Source: Eubacteriales bacterium
GTDB taxonomy: Bacteria; Bacillota; Clostridia; Oscillospirales; CAG-272
Assembly: GCA_045546615.1 (NCBI GenBank)
Contig: JAZQDD010000023.1
Span: forward strand, 40,296-104,295
Reading direction: 5' to 3'
DNA length: 64,000 bases
Shown: in pieces, positions 18,688 to 28,264 of the stretch
Position numbering within the stretch: position 1 is the stretch's first letter
Layout of the letters: each line of letters starts with the position of its first letter
Program-made: the position numbers and the translations under genes
Notes under the pieces: generated by a model
What the model saw: only the letters and a program-made list of their open reading frames with translations
The model's database searches: none
What the model was told of the DNA's origin: nothing

Positions 18688-19719
18688 ATGAACAAAATCA
18701 GCTTTATTATAAAGCGAGTTGCGAATATGAACGTCGGTGCGATGTTCAAGACCGTCGGCAGAATGCACAAGAAATGCAAAAAAAGCCGCGTAGGACTCCT
18801 TTTTGACGTTATGAGGTGCGGCGCAAAATACGGCGCAGGTTATCTTGATTACGAATATTTCGAGTTTTACGACCTTGATGCCGAGCAAAGAGAATCGTAT
18901 ATCGTACGAACGACCAATAATCTTATAATCGCACATTGCAACAAACGCGAGTACTATCATTATCTTCACGATAAGATAGATTTCAATACGCGCTACAATG
19001 ACTTTTTGCATCGCGGCTGGATAGATTTCCGCACGGCAACAAAGGAAGATTTCCTTGAATTTGTCAAGGACAAAAAAGCGTTGATGGTGAAGATAGTCGA
19101 TGCATCGTGCGGTATAGGAATTGAAAAGATAAACGTCGCTGACTACGCGGACGGCGAGGCAGTATACGAAAAGCTCAAGACCATGCCGAATGCCCAGCTG
19201 ATAGAGGAATACGTCGTACAGCACGAAAAGATGTCCGAGCTTTATCCGCACTCGGTAAACACCTGCCGCATCACCACTCTGCTCGTTGGTGACGAGGTGC
19301 ATATCATAAACTCAAGCATCCGCATAGGAAACAACAACAGCGTTGTCGACAATATTTCAAGCGGCGGAATGTCCACTGTCGTGGATACCGCAAGCGGCAC
19401 TATCCTCTTCCCCGCGAGCGACGAGGACGGCAAAAAATATGAAAACCATCCGATGACGGGTACGCCCATAAAGGGCTTTACCGTGCCGCATTGGGATGCC
19501 GTGATCGATATGTGCAAGCGCGCGGCGAAGATAACCCCCGAACTTCGTTTTTGCGGCTGGGACGTTGCAATAACAGACGAAACTCCCCTGCTGATCGAGG
19601 GAAATCAGCTACCGGGATATTTCCTTTTCCAGCTTCCGCCGTCAATGCAAAACGGTAGAGCGCAGGGCATGAAGCCACGCTTCAAGGAACTTTTAAAGGA
19701 CGAATTCGAAGTAAAATGA
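18688..19719 (+). CDS. Sugar-transfer-associated ATP-grasp protein
   Basis: IEEYVVQH, SVNTCRI, DNISSGG, GWDVAIT, IEGN. Confidence 0.85.
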   Translation: MNKISFIIKRVANMNVGAMFKTVGRMHKKCKKSRVGLLFDVMRCGAKYGAGYLDYEYFEFYDLDAEQRESYIVRTTNNLIIAHCNKREYYHYLHDKIDFNTRYNDFLHRGWIDFRTATKEDFLEFVKDKKALMVKIVDASCGIGIEKINVADYADGEAVYEKLKTMPNAQLIEEYVVQHEKMSELYPHSVNTCRITTLLVGDEVHIINSSIRIGNNNSVVDNISSGGMSTVVDTASGTILFPASDEDGKKYENHPMTGTPIKGFTVPHWDAVIDMCKRAAKITPELRFCGWDVAITDETPLLIEGNQLPGYFLFQLPPSMQNGRAQGMKPRFKELLKDEFEVK

Positions 19720-19731
19720 TCCATTCAAAAC

Positions 19732-19759
19732 AAGGGCAACCGACATCGGTTGCCCTTTT
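19732..19759. terminator. Bidirectional terminator
   Basis: AAGGGCAACCGA-CA-TCGGTTGCCCTT. Confidence 0.8.
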
Positions 19760-19786
19760 GGTTTAGCTTTTTATCGAAAATCGAGC

Positions 19787-19981
19787 TTATTTAGCGCTTC
19801 CGCCCTTGATCTCGTTCTCGTACTTCTCAACCATCTTCTTAACCATCTGACCGCCGATGGAACCAGCCTGACGGGCGGTGATGTCACCGTTGTAACCCTG
19901 GTTAAGGTTTACGCCTACCTCATTTGCAGCCTGCATCTTGAACTGCTCGAGAGCCTTCTTGGTTTCGTTGTTCTTTGCCAT
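19787..19981 (-). CDS. alpha/beta-type small acid-soluble spore protein
   Basis: ALEQFKMQAANEVGV...NGDITARQAGSIGGQMVKKM; RBS AAGGAG. Confidence 0.93.
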   Translation of the reverse strand: MAKNNETKKALEQFKMQAANEVGVNLNQGYNGDITARQAGSIGGQMVKKMVEKYENEIKGGSAK

Positions 19982-20095
19982 TTTAAATCTCCTTGTGCTC
20001 GCTCGCGTGCGCGGGTGAGCGAATCTATATTGAATTGAGCCCACGCCGCGCCGCAAGTAGCTTTCGCTGTCGAAGCGTGTCGCGTTCTCTGCTAA

Positions 20096-20124
20096 TATTG
20101 TGCGCCGCCATTCTTTTTTTATGT
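20096..20124 (-). promoter_or_regulatory. Candidate forespore (sigmaG-type) promoter of the SASP gene
   Basis: ACATA-17-CACAATA on the minus strand resembles the sigmaG consensus. Confidence 0.45.
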
Positions 20125-20151
20125 TTGGCAATTTTTGAAATTAAAATCAAA

Positions 20152-20178
20152 GCCGAGCGCCCTTTGGGGCGCTCGGCA
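20152..20178 (-). terminator. feo operon terminator
   Basis: GCCGAGCGCCC stem followed by a T-run on the minus strand. Confidence 0.65.
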
Positions 20179-20231
20179 CGGAGGTTATTTTTTTGATTTG
20201 GCAGGAGGAACTGTTTCGCCAAATCCCTTAT

Positions 20232-20396
20232 TTACTTTTTATCTGCCTTTGACGAGCAACAGCAGCTCTTTGAGCCGCAACTCTTTGCGTACGGACAGCC
20301 GACGCATTTCTGACCGCTTTTTTTCGCGCGGTAGATATAAAACGCGGCAAGCCCTACGATAACGGCAACTATTGCAATTATAATATAATTTTCCAT
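20232..20396 (-). CDS. FeoB-associated Cys-rich membrane protein (54 aa)
   Basis: Manual translation MENYIIIAIVAVIVGLAAFYIYRAKKSGQKCVGCPYAKSCGSKSCCCSSKADKK; lies right after feoB. Confidence 0.85.
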   Translation of the reverse strand: MENYIIIAIVAVIVGLAAFYIYRAKKSGQKCVGCPYAKSCGSKSCCCSSKADKK

Positions 20397-20436
20397 TTTT
20401 TCAATAATTTTTACCGCTGACAGCTCTCAATCGGAT

Positions 20437-22473
20437 TTATTTTGCGCTGAGCGCGTATTCCTTTTTGAGCTTACTGTCCGAGCGGAGACAAAGTGCAACG
20501 ATAACGCCTACGAATGCGGCAACCGCAATTCCGCCAAGCACGGTGGGAAGAAGCGCGAGCGTTGCGGGAGCAGTAACGAGCGTACCAATAGTGTAAACGA
20601 GGTATCCGATGGTGTAGCCAACGCCGAGCTGGAAGCCGATTCCGCCCCAGAGCCATTTCGCGCTCTTCATTTCGGAGTTCATAGCACCGATGGCGGCAAA
20701 GCAAGGAGGACTAAAAAGATTGAACATAAGGTATGCAAGTGCGGCAACCTTCGTTATAGCAAATGCGGCGGCAACCTCCGCACCTGCACCTTCCATAAGC
20801 GCAAGCTCCTCGGTGTCGATGAGGTTTTCAAGTCCGACAAAGCAAACCGCTAGAGTTCCGACTACGTTTTCCTTTGCGATAAAGCCCGTAACTGCGGCAG
20901 CAGCCATCTGCCAGGAGAGAACGCCGACAACGGGAATGAGAAGGTATGCGAAGGGGCGTGCGATGGACGCGAGTATCGAGGTATCGGCGCTTGCCGCCTC
21001 GGCAAAGCTCCAATCAAACGTCTGCATTATCTGTACTGCGGTGTTGCACAGCAGTATTATCGTAGCCGCCTTAACTATGTACGCCCAGCCGCGCGAGCAC
21101 ATAGACTTGAACGCGCGCCAGAACGAGGGTGCTTTATATTCGGGAAGCTCGATGATGAAGAAGGACTTTCTTGCCTTGTAGCCCGTGATCTTGTTGATGA
21201 TAAGCGCGCCGAAGAATATGATAACGATGCCCGCAAAATACATAAGCGGACCTACCCATGAGGCGTCGGAGAAGAACGCGCCTGCGAAAAGGGCAATAAC
21301 GGGGAGCTTTGCTCCGCAGGGCATAAAGGGCGCAAGCATTGCGGTAGCGCGGCGCTCGCGCTCGTTACGAATGGTACGGCAAGCCATAACGCCGGGGATA
21401 GCACAGCCCGTGCCGATAACGAAGGGGATAACGGATTTGCCCGAAAGTCCGACCTTTTTGAAAATAGGGTCAAGAACTACGGAAACGCGTGCCATGTAGC
21501 CGCAATCCTCAAGCAGAGCGATGAGGAAGTACATTACCATAACGAGTGGCAAAAAGCCTACTACGGCAACGACACCGCCGATAACGCCGTCGATAAGCAG
21601 AGCGTAGAGCAAGGGGTTAGCTCCCTCAAGGAAGCCGCCTACCCAGCCCTGGAAGGACTCAAGCAGCGTTACAAGACCCGGGATAGTCTTGCCCGACTCG
21701 AACTCATAGCCCTCTGCGATCCAAACGCCGGGGCCTGCCTGCGAAATCCAGAACACCGCAAACATAATTACGGCAAAGATCGGAATACCAAGCCACTTGT
21801 TGGTAAGTACTGCGTCTATCTTATCACCGACGTTTTTGTCCTTCGTATAGACCTTGCGCACCTCAACGGCGGCTACTATCTTGTTGACGAAGGCAAATCT
21901 CTTTCTGTCTGCCACCTCGACTGCCTTTTTGTCGGTAAGGTCGATATCTCCCTGTGTATAGGGGGCGGCCTGCGCCTTGCCCACTGCGGCAACGGCAGCC
22001 TCGACGACCTTGGAAAGACCCTCGGCAGAGGTAGATACGGTGTCGATAACGGGGCATCCGAGCTTTTCGGAAAGCGCGGCGGTATCTATCTTGGTTTCCT
22101 TTTTCTTATTAACGTCCGCCTTGTTGAGCGCAACTACTACGGGAATACCAAGCTCAAGTATCTGCGTGGTGAAGAACAGGCTTCGGCTTAAGTTGGTAGC
22201 GTCCACGATGTTAATGATAACGTCGGGATTTTCATTTTTGATATAAGAGCTTGTTACGCTCTCCTCAGAAGTGAACGGCGACATCGAATATGCACCCGGA
22301 AGGTCAACGGCTATAAGCTCCGACTCTCCGCTGTAAAAGCTCCTTTTAATTGCGTGCTCCTTTTTTTCAACGGTAACGCCCGCCCAGTTGCCGACCTTTT
22401 CGTTTCTGCCCGTCAGCGCGTTGTACATCGTGGTCTTACCGCTATTGGGGTTACCCGTAAGCGCGATTCTCAT
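20437..22473 (-). CDS. feoB: Ferrous iron transporter FeoB
   Basis: GNPNSGKT, VGNWAGVTVE, DLPG, NKAD, then the membrane domain. Confidence 0.95.
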   Translation of the reverse strand: MRIALTGNPNSGKTTMYNALTGRNEKVGNWAGVTVEKKEHAIKRSFYSGESELIAVDLPGAYSMSPFTSEESVTSSYIKNENPDVIINIVDATNLSRSLFFTTQILELGIPVVVALNKADVNKKKETKIDTAALSEKLGCPVIDTVSTSAEGLSKVVEAAVAAVGKAQAAPYTQGDIDLTDKKAVEVADRKRFAFVNKIVAAVEVRKVYTKDKNVGDKIDAVLTNKWLGIPIFAVIMFAVFWISQAGPGVWIAEGYEFESGKTIPGLVTLLESFQGWVGGFLEGANPLLYALLIDGVIGGVVAVVGFLPLVMVMYFLIALLEDCGYMARVSVVLDPIFKKVGLSGKSVIPFVIGTGCAIPGVMACRTIRNERERRATAMLAPFMPCGAKLPVIALFAGAFFSDASWVGPLMYFAGIVIIFFGALIINKITGYKARKSFFIIELPEYKAPSFWRAFKSMCSRGWAYIVKAATIILLCNTAVQIMQTFDWSFAEAASADTSILASIARPFAYLLIPVVGVLSWQMAAAAVTGFIAKENVVGTLAVCFVGLENLIDTEELALMEGAGAEVAAAFAITKVAALAYLMFNLFSPPCFAAIGAMNSEMKSAKWLWGGIGFQLGVGYTIGYLVYTIGTLVTAPATLALLPTVLGGIAVAAFVGVIVALCLRSDSKLKKEYALSAK

Positions 22474-22520
22474 TGAATCCCCTCCTGAATATATAAATGA
22501 AATTTTTAACATTTTGGGGA

Positions 22521-22536
22521 GTTAGTCTTAACTAAC
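22521..22536. promoter_or_regulatory. Palindromic operator upstream of feoB (DtxR/MntR-like)
   Basis: GTTAGT-CTTA-ACTAAC; same arms as 22799-22814. Confidence 0.65.
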
Positions 22537-22571
22537 TCTCGGGGTTAAAAAAAGCAACCGCGGTTACTTTT

Positions 22572-22784
22572 TTATATTTCGATGACCTCGGCAAGCTGCT
22601 TGTCGATATTGTATCTTCCGTCCTTGATGGATACGACACAGCCGCCCCTAAGGTGCGACACCACCGTTATCGGCTCTCCGCTATAGCAGCCAAGAGAAAA
22701 CAGAAAAGCGTCAAGCTCCTCGTCATCGGTATTTATATTCTTTATGATATATTCCTTGCCTTCTTCGGCTTGTCTAAGATTCAT
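22572..22784 (-). CDS. feoA: FeoA
   Basis: FLFSLGCYSGE, SH3-like FeoA; adjacent to feoB. Confidence 0.9.
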   Translation of the reverse strand: MNLRQAEEGKEYIIKNINTDDEELDAFLFSLGCYSGEPITVVSHLRGGCVVSIKDGRYNIDKQLAEVIEI

Positions 22785-22798
22785 AGTGATCTCCTTCG

Positions 22799-22814
22799 GT
22801 TAGTTTCCACTAAC
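22799..22814. promoter_or_regulatory. Palindromic operator upstream of feoA (DtxR/MntR-like)
   Basis: GTTAGT-TTCC-ACTAAC between the -10 and the RBS. Confidence 0.65.
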
Positions 22815-22939
22815 TACAGTATATTATACACATTTAACCTCTTTTGTCAATACTTTTTTGAAATTTTTTCAAAAAATTTTTTATAAACCGACTTTTTTCG
22901 CAAAGAAAGCGCGAAATATTAAAAAAAACGCTAAAATGA

Positions 22940-22968
22940 TTGACATAATCCGTTTTTAAAGGTATAAT
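22940..22968 (+). promoter_or_regulatory. Consensus sigmaA promoter of tyrS
   Basis: TTGACA-17-TATAAT. Confidence 0.8.
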
Positions 22969-23001
22969 AAGCATAATATTAAAATAAGGAAGTTTTTGAA
23001 A

Positions 23002-24231
23002 ATGGCTATGACTATCTATGATGAACTGAAAGCCCGCGGTCTTATCGCACAGGTGACCGACGAGGCGCACATAAGCGATATGATAAATAACGGCAAGGCG
23101 GTATTCTATATCGGCTTTGACCCCACGGCTGACTCCCTTCACGTCGGTCACTTTATGGCTCTCTGCCTTATGAAAAGACTGCAGATGGCAGGCAACAAGC
23201 CCGTAGTCCTCATCGGAGGCGGAACTGCCATGATCGGCGATCCCTCGGGACGCACCGATATGCGTTCTATGATGACGCGCGAGACCATCGAGCATAACTG
23301 CGAGTGCTTCCGCCACCAGATGGAGCGCTTCATTGAGTTTGGCGAGGATAAGGCGATAATGGTAAATAACGCCGATTGGTTGCTCGACCTTAACTACATT
23401 GACGTTCTGCGCGAGGTTGGCGCGTGCTTCTCCGTAAACAATATGCTCCGCGCCGAGTGCTACAAGCAGAGAATGGAAAAGGGACTTTCTTTCCTTGAAT
23501 TCAACTATATGATAATGCAGTCCTACGACTTCTACTATCTGTACCAGAAGTACGGCTGTAATATGCAGTTCGGCGGCAACGATCAGTGGTCCAATATGCT
23601 TGGCGGTACGGAGCTCATCCGCCGCAAGCTCGGCAAGGACGCGCACGCCATGACCATCACTCTGCTTCTCAACTCCGAGGGCAAGAAGATGGGCAAGACC
23701 GCGTCGGGCGCAGTTTGGCTTGACCCCAAGAAGACCACTCCCTACGATTTCTATCAGTATTGGAGAAACGTTGACGATGCCGACGTTCTCAAGTGCATCA
23801 GAATGCTCACCTTCCTTCCCATCGAGCAGATCGAGCAGATGGATTCTTGGGAAGGCAGTCAGCTCAACACCGCAAAAGAGATACTTGCCTTTGAGCTTAC
23901 CAAGCTCGTTCACGGCGAGGATGAGGCTAACAAGGCGCAGGCAAGCGCAAAATCCCTCTTTGGCGCGGGCGCGGATGCAGATATTCCCTCTGCAGAGCTT
24001 GATGACAGCGACCTTAACGAAAACGGCGAGGCTGATATCATCACTATGCTTGTCAAATCGGGACTTACCCCCTCTCGCTCCGAGGCGCGCCGCGCCGTTG
24101 AGCAGGGCGGCGTTACCGTTGACGGAGAAAAGGTCGTAGACGTTAAGGCTACCTTCTCCGCCGATGTTCTCAAGAACGGCGTCCTCCTTCGCAGAGGCAA
24201 AAAGGCGTTCAAGAAGGTTGTAATTAAATAA
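23002..24231 (+). CDS. tyrS: Tyrosine--tRNA ligase
   Basis: GFDPTADSLHVGH, GGNDQW, KMGKT, C-terminal S4 domain. Confidence 0.97.
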   Translation: MAMTIYDELKARGLIAQVTDEAHISDMINNGKAVFYIGFDPTADSLHVGHFMALCLMKRLQMAGNKPVVLIGGGTAMIGDPSGRTDMRSMMTRETIEHNCECFRHQMERFIEFGEDKAIMVNNADWLLDLNYIDVLREVGACFSVNNMLRAECYKQRMEKGLSFLEFNYMIMQSYDFYYLYQKYGCNMQFGGNDQWSNMLGGTELIRRKLGKDAHAMTITLLLNSEGKKMGKTASGAVWLDPKKTTPYDFYQYWRNVDDADVLKCIRMLTFLPIEQIEQMDSWEGSQLNTAKEILAFELTKLVHGEDEANKAQASAKSLFGAGADADIPSAELDDSDLNENGEADIITMLVKSGLTPSRSEARRAVEQGGVTVDGEKVVDVKATFSADVLKNGVLLRRGKKAFKKVVIK

Positions 24232-24338
24232 AAAGAAAATAAAAAAATGCCCTCTCTTCTCTCCGTTCTTAGCGGAGAAAACACGAACACCACCAAGGAT
24301 TTTTCTTTGGTGGTGTTTTTCTATTGGCAGTAGCTTTC

Positions 24339-24480
24339 ACAAAGCCTCCCTCCGAGAGGGAGGGGGACCGCGATAGCGGTGGAAGGAGCCTGCGTGACTT
24401 TGGAGTTTTGATAAGCTTTATGTAACGCGCTCTCCCTCAGTCGCCTTCGGCGCCAGCTCCCTCCCGGAGGGAGCCTTTGT
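24339..24480. repeat. REP-like palindromic doublet (CTCCCTCNNGAGGGAG family)
   Basis: GCCTCCCTCCGAGAGGGAGG ... GCTCCCTCCCGGAGGGAGCC with internal hairpins; a solo copy is at 58610. Confidence 0.7.
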
Positions 24481-24717
24481 ATATCATTCCTCTGCGGATA
24501 GTGGGTTCGGGCTTCTGCCCGATGGTGCGCGGACTGCCACGCGCTATGCTTGCCCCAGACGCGAGCGTTGGGAAAGCAGAAAAGCTCGAAAGCGAAACGA
24601 TAGAAAAATACTACGATTAGTAGAATCTGGTCTATGTTGCGGTTATTGATTTATAATTCAAAACGCTGTATAATATACTCAGACGCGTCGGAACAACTTA
24701 ATTTGGAGGTTAATACT

Positions 24718-25503
24718 ATGGAATTAATGATTGGTGATAAGCTGAGGAAATTGCGCCGTAACAGAGATTTGACCCAAGAAGAGGTGGCAGCTCATATTGG
24801 CATTTCCTATCAAGCTATCAGCAAGTGGGAACGAGGTGACGGATATCCGGACATCACGATGCTCCCCACACTTGCAAATTATTTTGGTGTATCCGTTGAC
24901 GAGTTGATTGGCATGGATGAAATATCTTCCGCAAACAGGCTTGCTGAAATCAATCAGAAATGGCAAGCAAACAGAGCAAAGAGCGCCCACAAAGAAAACG
25001 TCGAACTCATGCGAAACGCATTGAAAACCTACCCCAATGATGCGTTGTTGCTGATGCAATTGTCGTGTTCACTCGAACGACTTGAGGGTACCGAAAAGGA
25101 GAAAAAGGAGTATTTAAAAGAATCAATTATGCTTCACGAGCAGATTCTAAAACACTGTGACGATTCGGAAATCAGAGGTGCCGCACTTTGTAATCTTTCT
25201 GATGCATATTACAGATACGGTAATTATGAGAAGGCGGTGGAATACGCTACCAAATTACCGAATTTGTACAAGACAAGAGAAACCGCGTTAGTTCGTATTT
25301 TAAAAGATGATGCCGAAAAAAACGAAGTTGCAAAATCCGCAATAGAACCGTTGGTATGGCTTTTGTCCTATCATTTGACTGCGCTTTCTGAAACCGAAAA
25401 CGATAGCAGTCATAAAGAAAAAATAATTAAAATATTGGACATTCTTTTCGAGGGAAATGAGAGCGACTTCATTTCCAGAATTCGTCGAAAAGCATCCAAG
25501 TAA
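24718..25503 (+). CDS. XRE-family HTH regulator with TPR-like C-terminus
   Basis: LTQEEVA...SYQAISKWERG..PDI, then helical repeats. Confidence 0.85.
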   Translation: MELMIGDKLRKLRRNRDLTQEEVAAHIGISYQAISKWERGDGYPDITMLPTLANYFGVSVDELIGMDEISSANRLAEINQKWQANRAKSAHKENVELMRNALKTYPNDALLLMQLSCSLERLEGTEKEKKEYLKESIMLHEQILKHCDDSEIRGAALCNLSDAYYRYGNYEKAVEYATKLPNLYKTRETALVRILKDDAEKNEVAKSAIEPLVWLLSYHLTALSETENDSSHKEKIIKILDILFEGNESDFISRIRRKASK

Positions 25504-25622
25504 TTACTCGCCCCGCCTCGCGGGGCTTTTCTTTGTTTCCTGCGTATGAAAAAAGCCAGCACGAAAAAACGTGGTGGCTCATTTCAATTTTACCGCTAAT
25601 TTTGCACGCCTTCGGGCATTTT

Positions 25623-26648
25623 TTATTTCTTTTTATACGCAAGCTCCACAAGCAGCTCACACAGCTCGTCGTAGCTGATGCCGACGGCGGCTGCCTCCTG
25701 CGGAAGCAGAGAGGTCGGTGTCATACCCGGAAGGGCGTTGACCTCAAGACAGTAAAACTCACCGTCCTCGCCGAGTATGAAATCGGCTCTGCCGTACATC
25801 TCCATGCGGAGCGCGGCAAACGCACGAAGCGCAAGCTCTCCAAGTCTTGCCGTTTCCTCCTCGGTGAGTGGCGCGGGGCAAAGCTCAAGCGTCATTCCGC
25901 TTTGATACTTGTTCTTATAATCGTAAAAGCCCGATTTCGGTATTATCTCAACGGGGGGAAGCGCACGTCCGTCAAGGACGGCGATCGTAAATTCCCTGCC
26001 CTTTATCAGCTTTTCTGCAAGGAGAAATCTCTCGTACTTTGCCGCCGCCGATATTGCGGCGGAAAGCTCCTCCTCGGAAAACACACGAGCCACGCCCACA
26101 CTTGAGCCGCAGGATGCGGGCTTGATTATGCAGGGGAAGCCTATCTTTTCTGCTATCTCGGCGCTGTTACCGGTTTGCGTGTCGAAATACACCCAATCGG
26201 CGTTTTTAACGCCCGCCTCGGACATGAGACGCTTTGAGATATCCTTATCCATCGACAAGAGCGCACCTATATATCCCGTGCCCGTATACGCCTTGATGCC
26301 GTGACAATCAAGCGTTGCTTGGAGCTGACCGTTTTCGCCTATCGCGCCGTGGAGCGCGAGGAAAACAACGTCAGCGGCGCGGCAAGCCTCAATAACGCGG
26401 GGGCCTATCGGCTCTTCCCTGCCGCCGCAAGCTGCCTTCACAGCCTCAAGATCGGGCTCGGTGCTGTCAACACGGTAGGTGTACTCCCCGCCTTTTTTAA
26501 ACTCGGGAGCGCAGTCAAGTCCGCGATAGAGGTCAACGAGCAAAACCTCGTGACCTGATTTTGAAAGTGATGTGGCGATCAGCGCGCCCGAGGTCAGCGA
26601 CACGTCGCGCTCGGGGGAAAGTCCCCCCGCAAGTACAGTTATCTTCAT
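25623..26648 (-). CDS. ddl: D-alanine--D-alanine ligase
   Basis: GGLSPERDVS, ALHG..GENG, GSSVG, YDYKNKY, EVNALPG. Confidence 0.93.
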   Translation of the reverse strand: MKITVLAGGLSPERDVSLTSGALIATSLSKSGHEVLLVDLYRGLDCAPEFKKGGEYTYRVDSTEPDLEAVKAACGGREEPIGPRVIEACRAADVVFLALHGAIGENGQLQATLDCHGIKAYTGTGYIGALLSMDKDISKRLMSEAGVKNADWVYFDTQTGNSAEIAEKIGFPCIIKPASCGSSVGVARVFSEEELSAAISAAAKYERFLLAEKLIKGREFTIAVLDGRALPPVEIIPKSGFYDYKNKYQSGMTLELCPAPLTEEETARLGELALRAFAALRMEMYGRADFILGEDGEFYCLEVNALPGMTPTSLLPQEAAAVGISYDELCELLVELAYKKK

Positions 26649-26660
26649 AAAAAACCTTCC

Positions 26661-28253
26661 TTATTCCGCCCTGCCGGGAAGCGTTCCCGACGTGCGAAGT
26701 ATGTAGTATTCAAATGCGTCAAGCAAAGCCTGCCAGCTTGCCTGAATAATATCGGTGGATGCGCCCATAGTGCGCCAGAGCCTCTCCCCGTCGCCCGACT
26801 CGACGAAAACGCGGACGATTGATGCCGATGCGGCACTGTCGTTTGAATCTATCCTTGATTTTATGTCGACCATCTTTATTTTGTCGATATAGGGGAAGAA
26901 GCGGCGGAGCGCGGCGTGCGCGGCAATATCAAGCGCGTTTACAGGGCCGTCACCCTCCGCAACGCGAAGCTCCTCTTCACCGTCAACAGCTATCTTTACG
27001 ATAGCGGACCAGTGATTGGGATTGTCCTCGTCAGCCTTTCCGCCAAGCAAGAGCTTGAAATCGCGCAACTCGTACGGCGGCTCTATAATGCCGAGCGTGC
27101 GGCAAATAAGTAAGAGGAGCGATGCCTCCGAATTTTCATATTGATAGCCCTTTTCCTCGGCGGCGCGGATAGCCTCAAGCACTGTGGTGAGACGCGCATC
27201 ATCCTTGTGAACGTCGATTCCAAAGCGGTCAAGTATCTCGGAAACGGCGGCACGCCCCGACAGACCGCTGATAACGAGGTTTCGGCTGTTGCCAACCGCG
27301 TCGGGCGAGATATGCTCAAACGAGCGCGGACGTTTTTTGACCGCATCTATGTGAAGCCCCGCCTTGTGCGTGAAAGCGTGACCGCCAACAAACGGCTCGC
27401 TGTCATCAAAGCCGAGGTTTGCCGTCTGACATATACCACGCGCTACGCCGGAGAGACGTGCCATATTCTCCTCGGGTATGCAATCGTAGCCAAGCTTTAA
27501 TTGCAGTACGGGAAGCACTGTGGAGAGGTTTGCGTTTCCGCAACGCTCACCAATTCCCGAAACCGTGCATTGCGCCTGAAGCGCACCCGCTTTAACGGCG
27601 GCAACGGTGCAGGCATCTGCCATACCGATGTCGTTGTGGCAATGCACACCCACGCGAGCGGCGGGAATTTCTGCAATAACAGCCGACACGACCTCGCTTA
27701 CCGTTTCGGGAAGCATTCCGCCGTTGGTATCACAAAGCGCAAGCGTGTGCGCCCCTGCCTCAAGCGCGGCGCGAAGAACATTCAGCGCATACTCGCTGTC
27801 CTCTGCGTAGCCGTCAAAAAAATGCTCTGCGTCAAATACCACGCGCTTGCCCGCCAAGGTAAGAAACGCTACGGTATCGCGTATCATCGAAAGATTTTCC
27901 TCGGGTGTCGTACCAAGCACCCTTGTGACGTGATAAAGCGAGGATTTGCCAACCACAGCCACCGTGCGATAATCCGACGCGGCAATACGGCAAAGATAGT
28001 CCTCGTCTGCGGCGTGTGAGTCAGCACGGCGCGTGGGGCAAAGCAAGGAAAGCTCCGCACTCCGAAGCTCTACTCGGCTCGGCAACGCCAAAAGCGAATC
28101 GTTACAGCCATGCCCGTAAAATCCCGTTTCAATACATGATATGCCAAGGGTGTCAAGCATGGATATTATCTTTTCCCTCTCGTAGTCGGAAAAGATAACG
28201 CCCGCGCCCTGCGCTCCCTCACGCAAGGTGGAGTCATATATTTCTATTTTCAT
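26661..28253 (-). CDS. cimA: Citramalate synthase
   Basis: DSTLREG, FDAEHFFDG, HCHND, GERCGNANL, HKAGLH, GPVNALD. Confidence 0.85.
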   Translation of the reverse strand: MKIEIYDSTLREGAQGAGVIFSDYEREKIISMLDTLGISCIETGFYGHGCNDSLLALPSRVELRSAELSLLCPTRRADSHAADEDYLCRIAASDYRTVAVVGKSSLYHVTRVLGTTPEENLSMIRDTVAFLTLAGKRVVFDAEHFFDGYAEDSEYALNVLRAALEAGAHTLALCDTNGGMLPETVSEVVSAVIAEIPAARVGVHCHNDIGMADACTVAAVKAGALQAQCTVSGIGERCGNANLSTVLPVLQLKLGYDCIPEENMARLSGVARGICQTANLGFDDSEPFVGGHAFTHKAGLHIDAVKKRPRSFEHISPDAVGNSRNLVISGLSGRAAVSEILDRFGIDVHKDDARLTTVLEAIRAAEEKGYQYENSEASLLLLICRTLGIIEPPYELRDFKLLLGGKADEDNPNHWSAIVKIAVDGEEELRVAEGDGPVNALDIAAHAALRRFFPYIDKIKMVDIKSRIDSNDSAASASIVRVFVESGDGERLWRTMGASTDIIQASWQALLDAFEYYILRTSGTLPGRAE

Positions 28254-28264
28254 AGTCAATTTCC

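Noticed and set aside
25623-26648. Van-type D-Ala-D-Lac ligase
   Set aside because: The omega loop YDYKNKY is D-Ala-D-Ala type and there is no van cluster.
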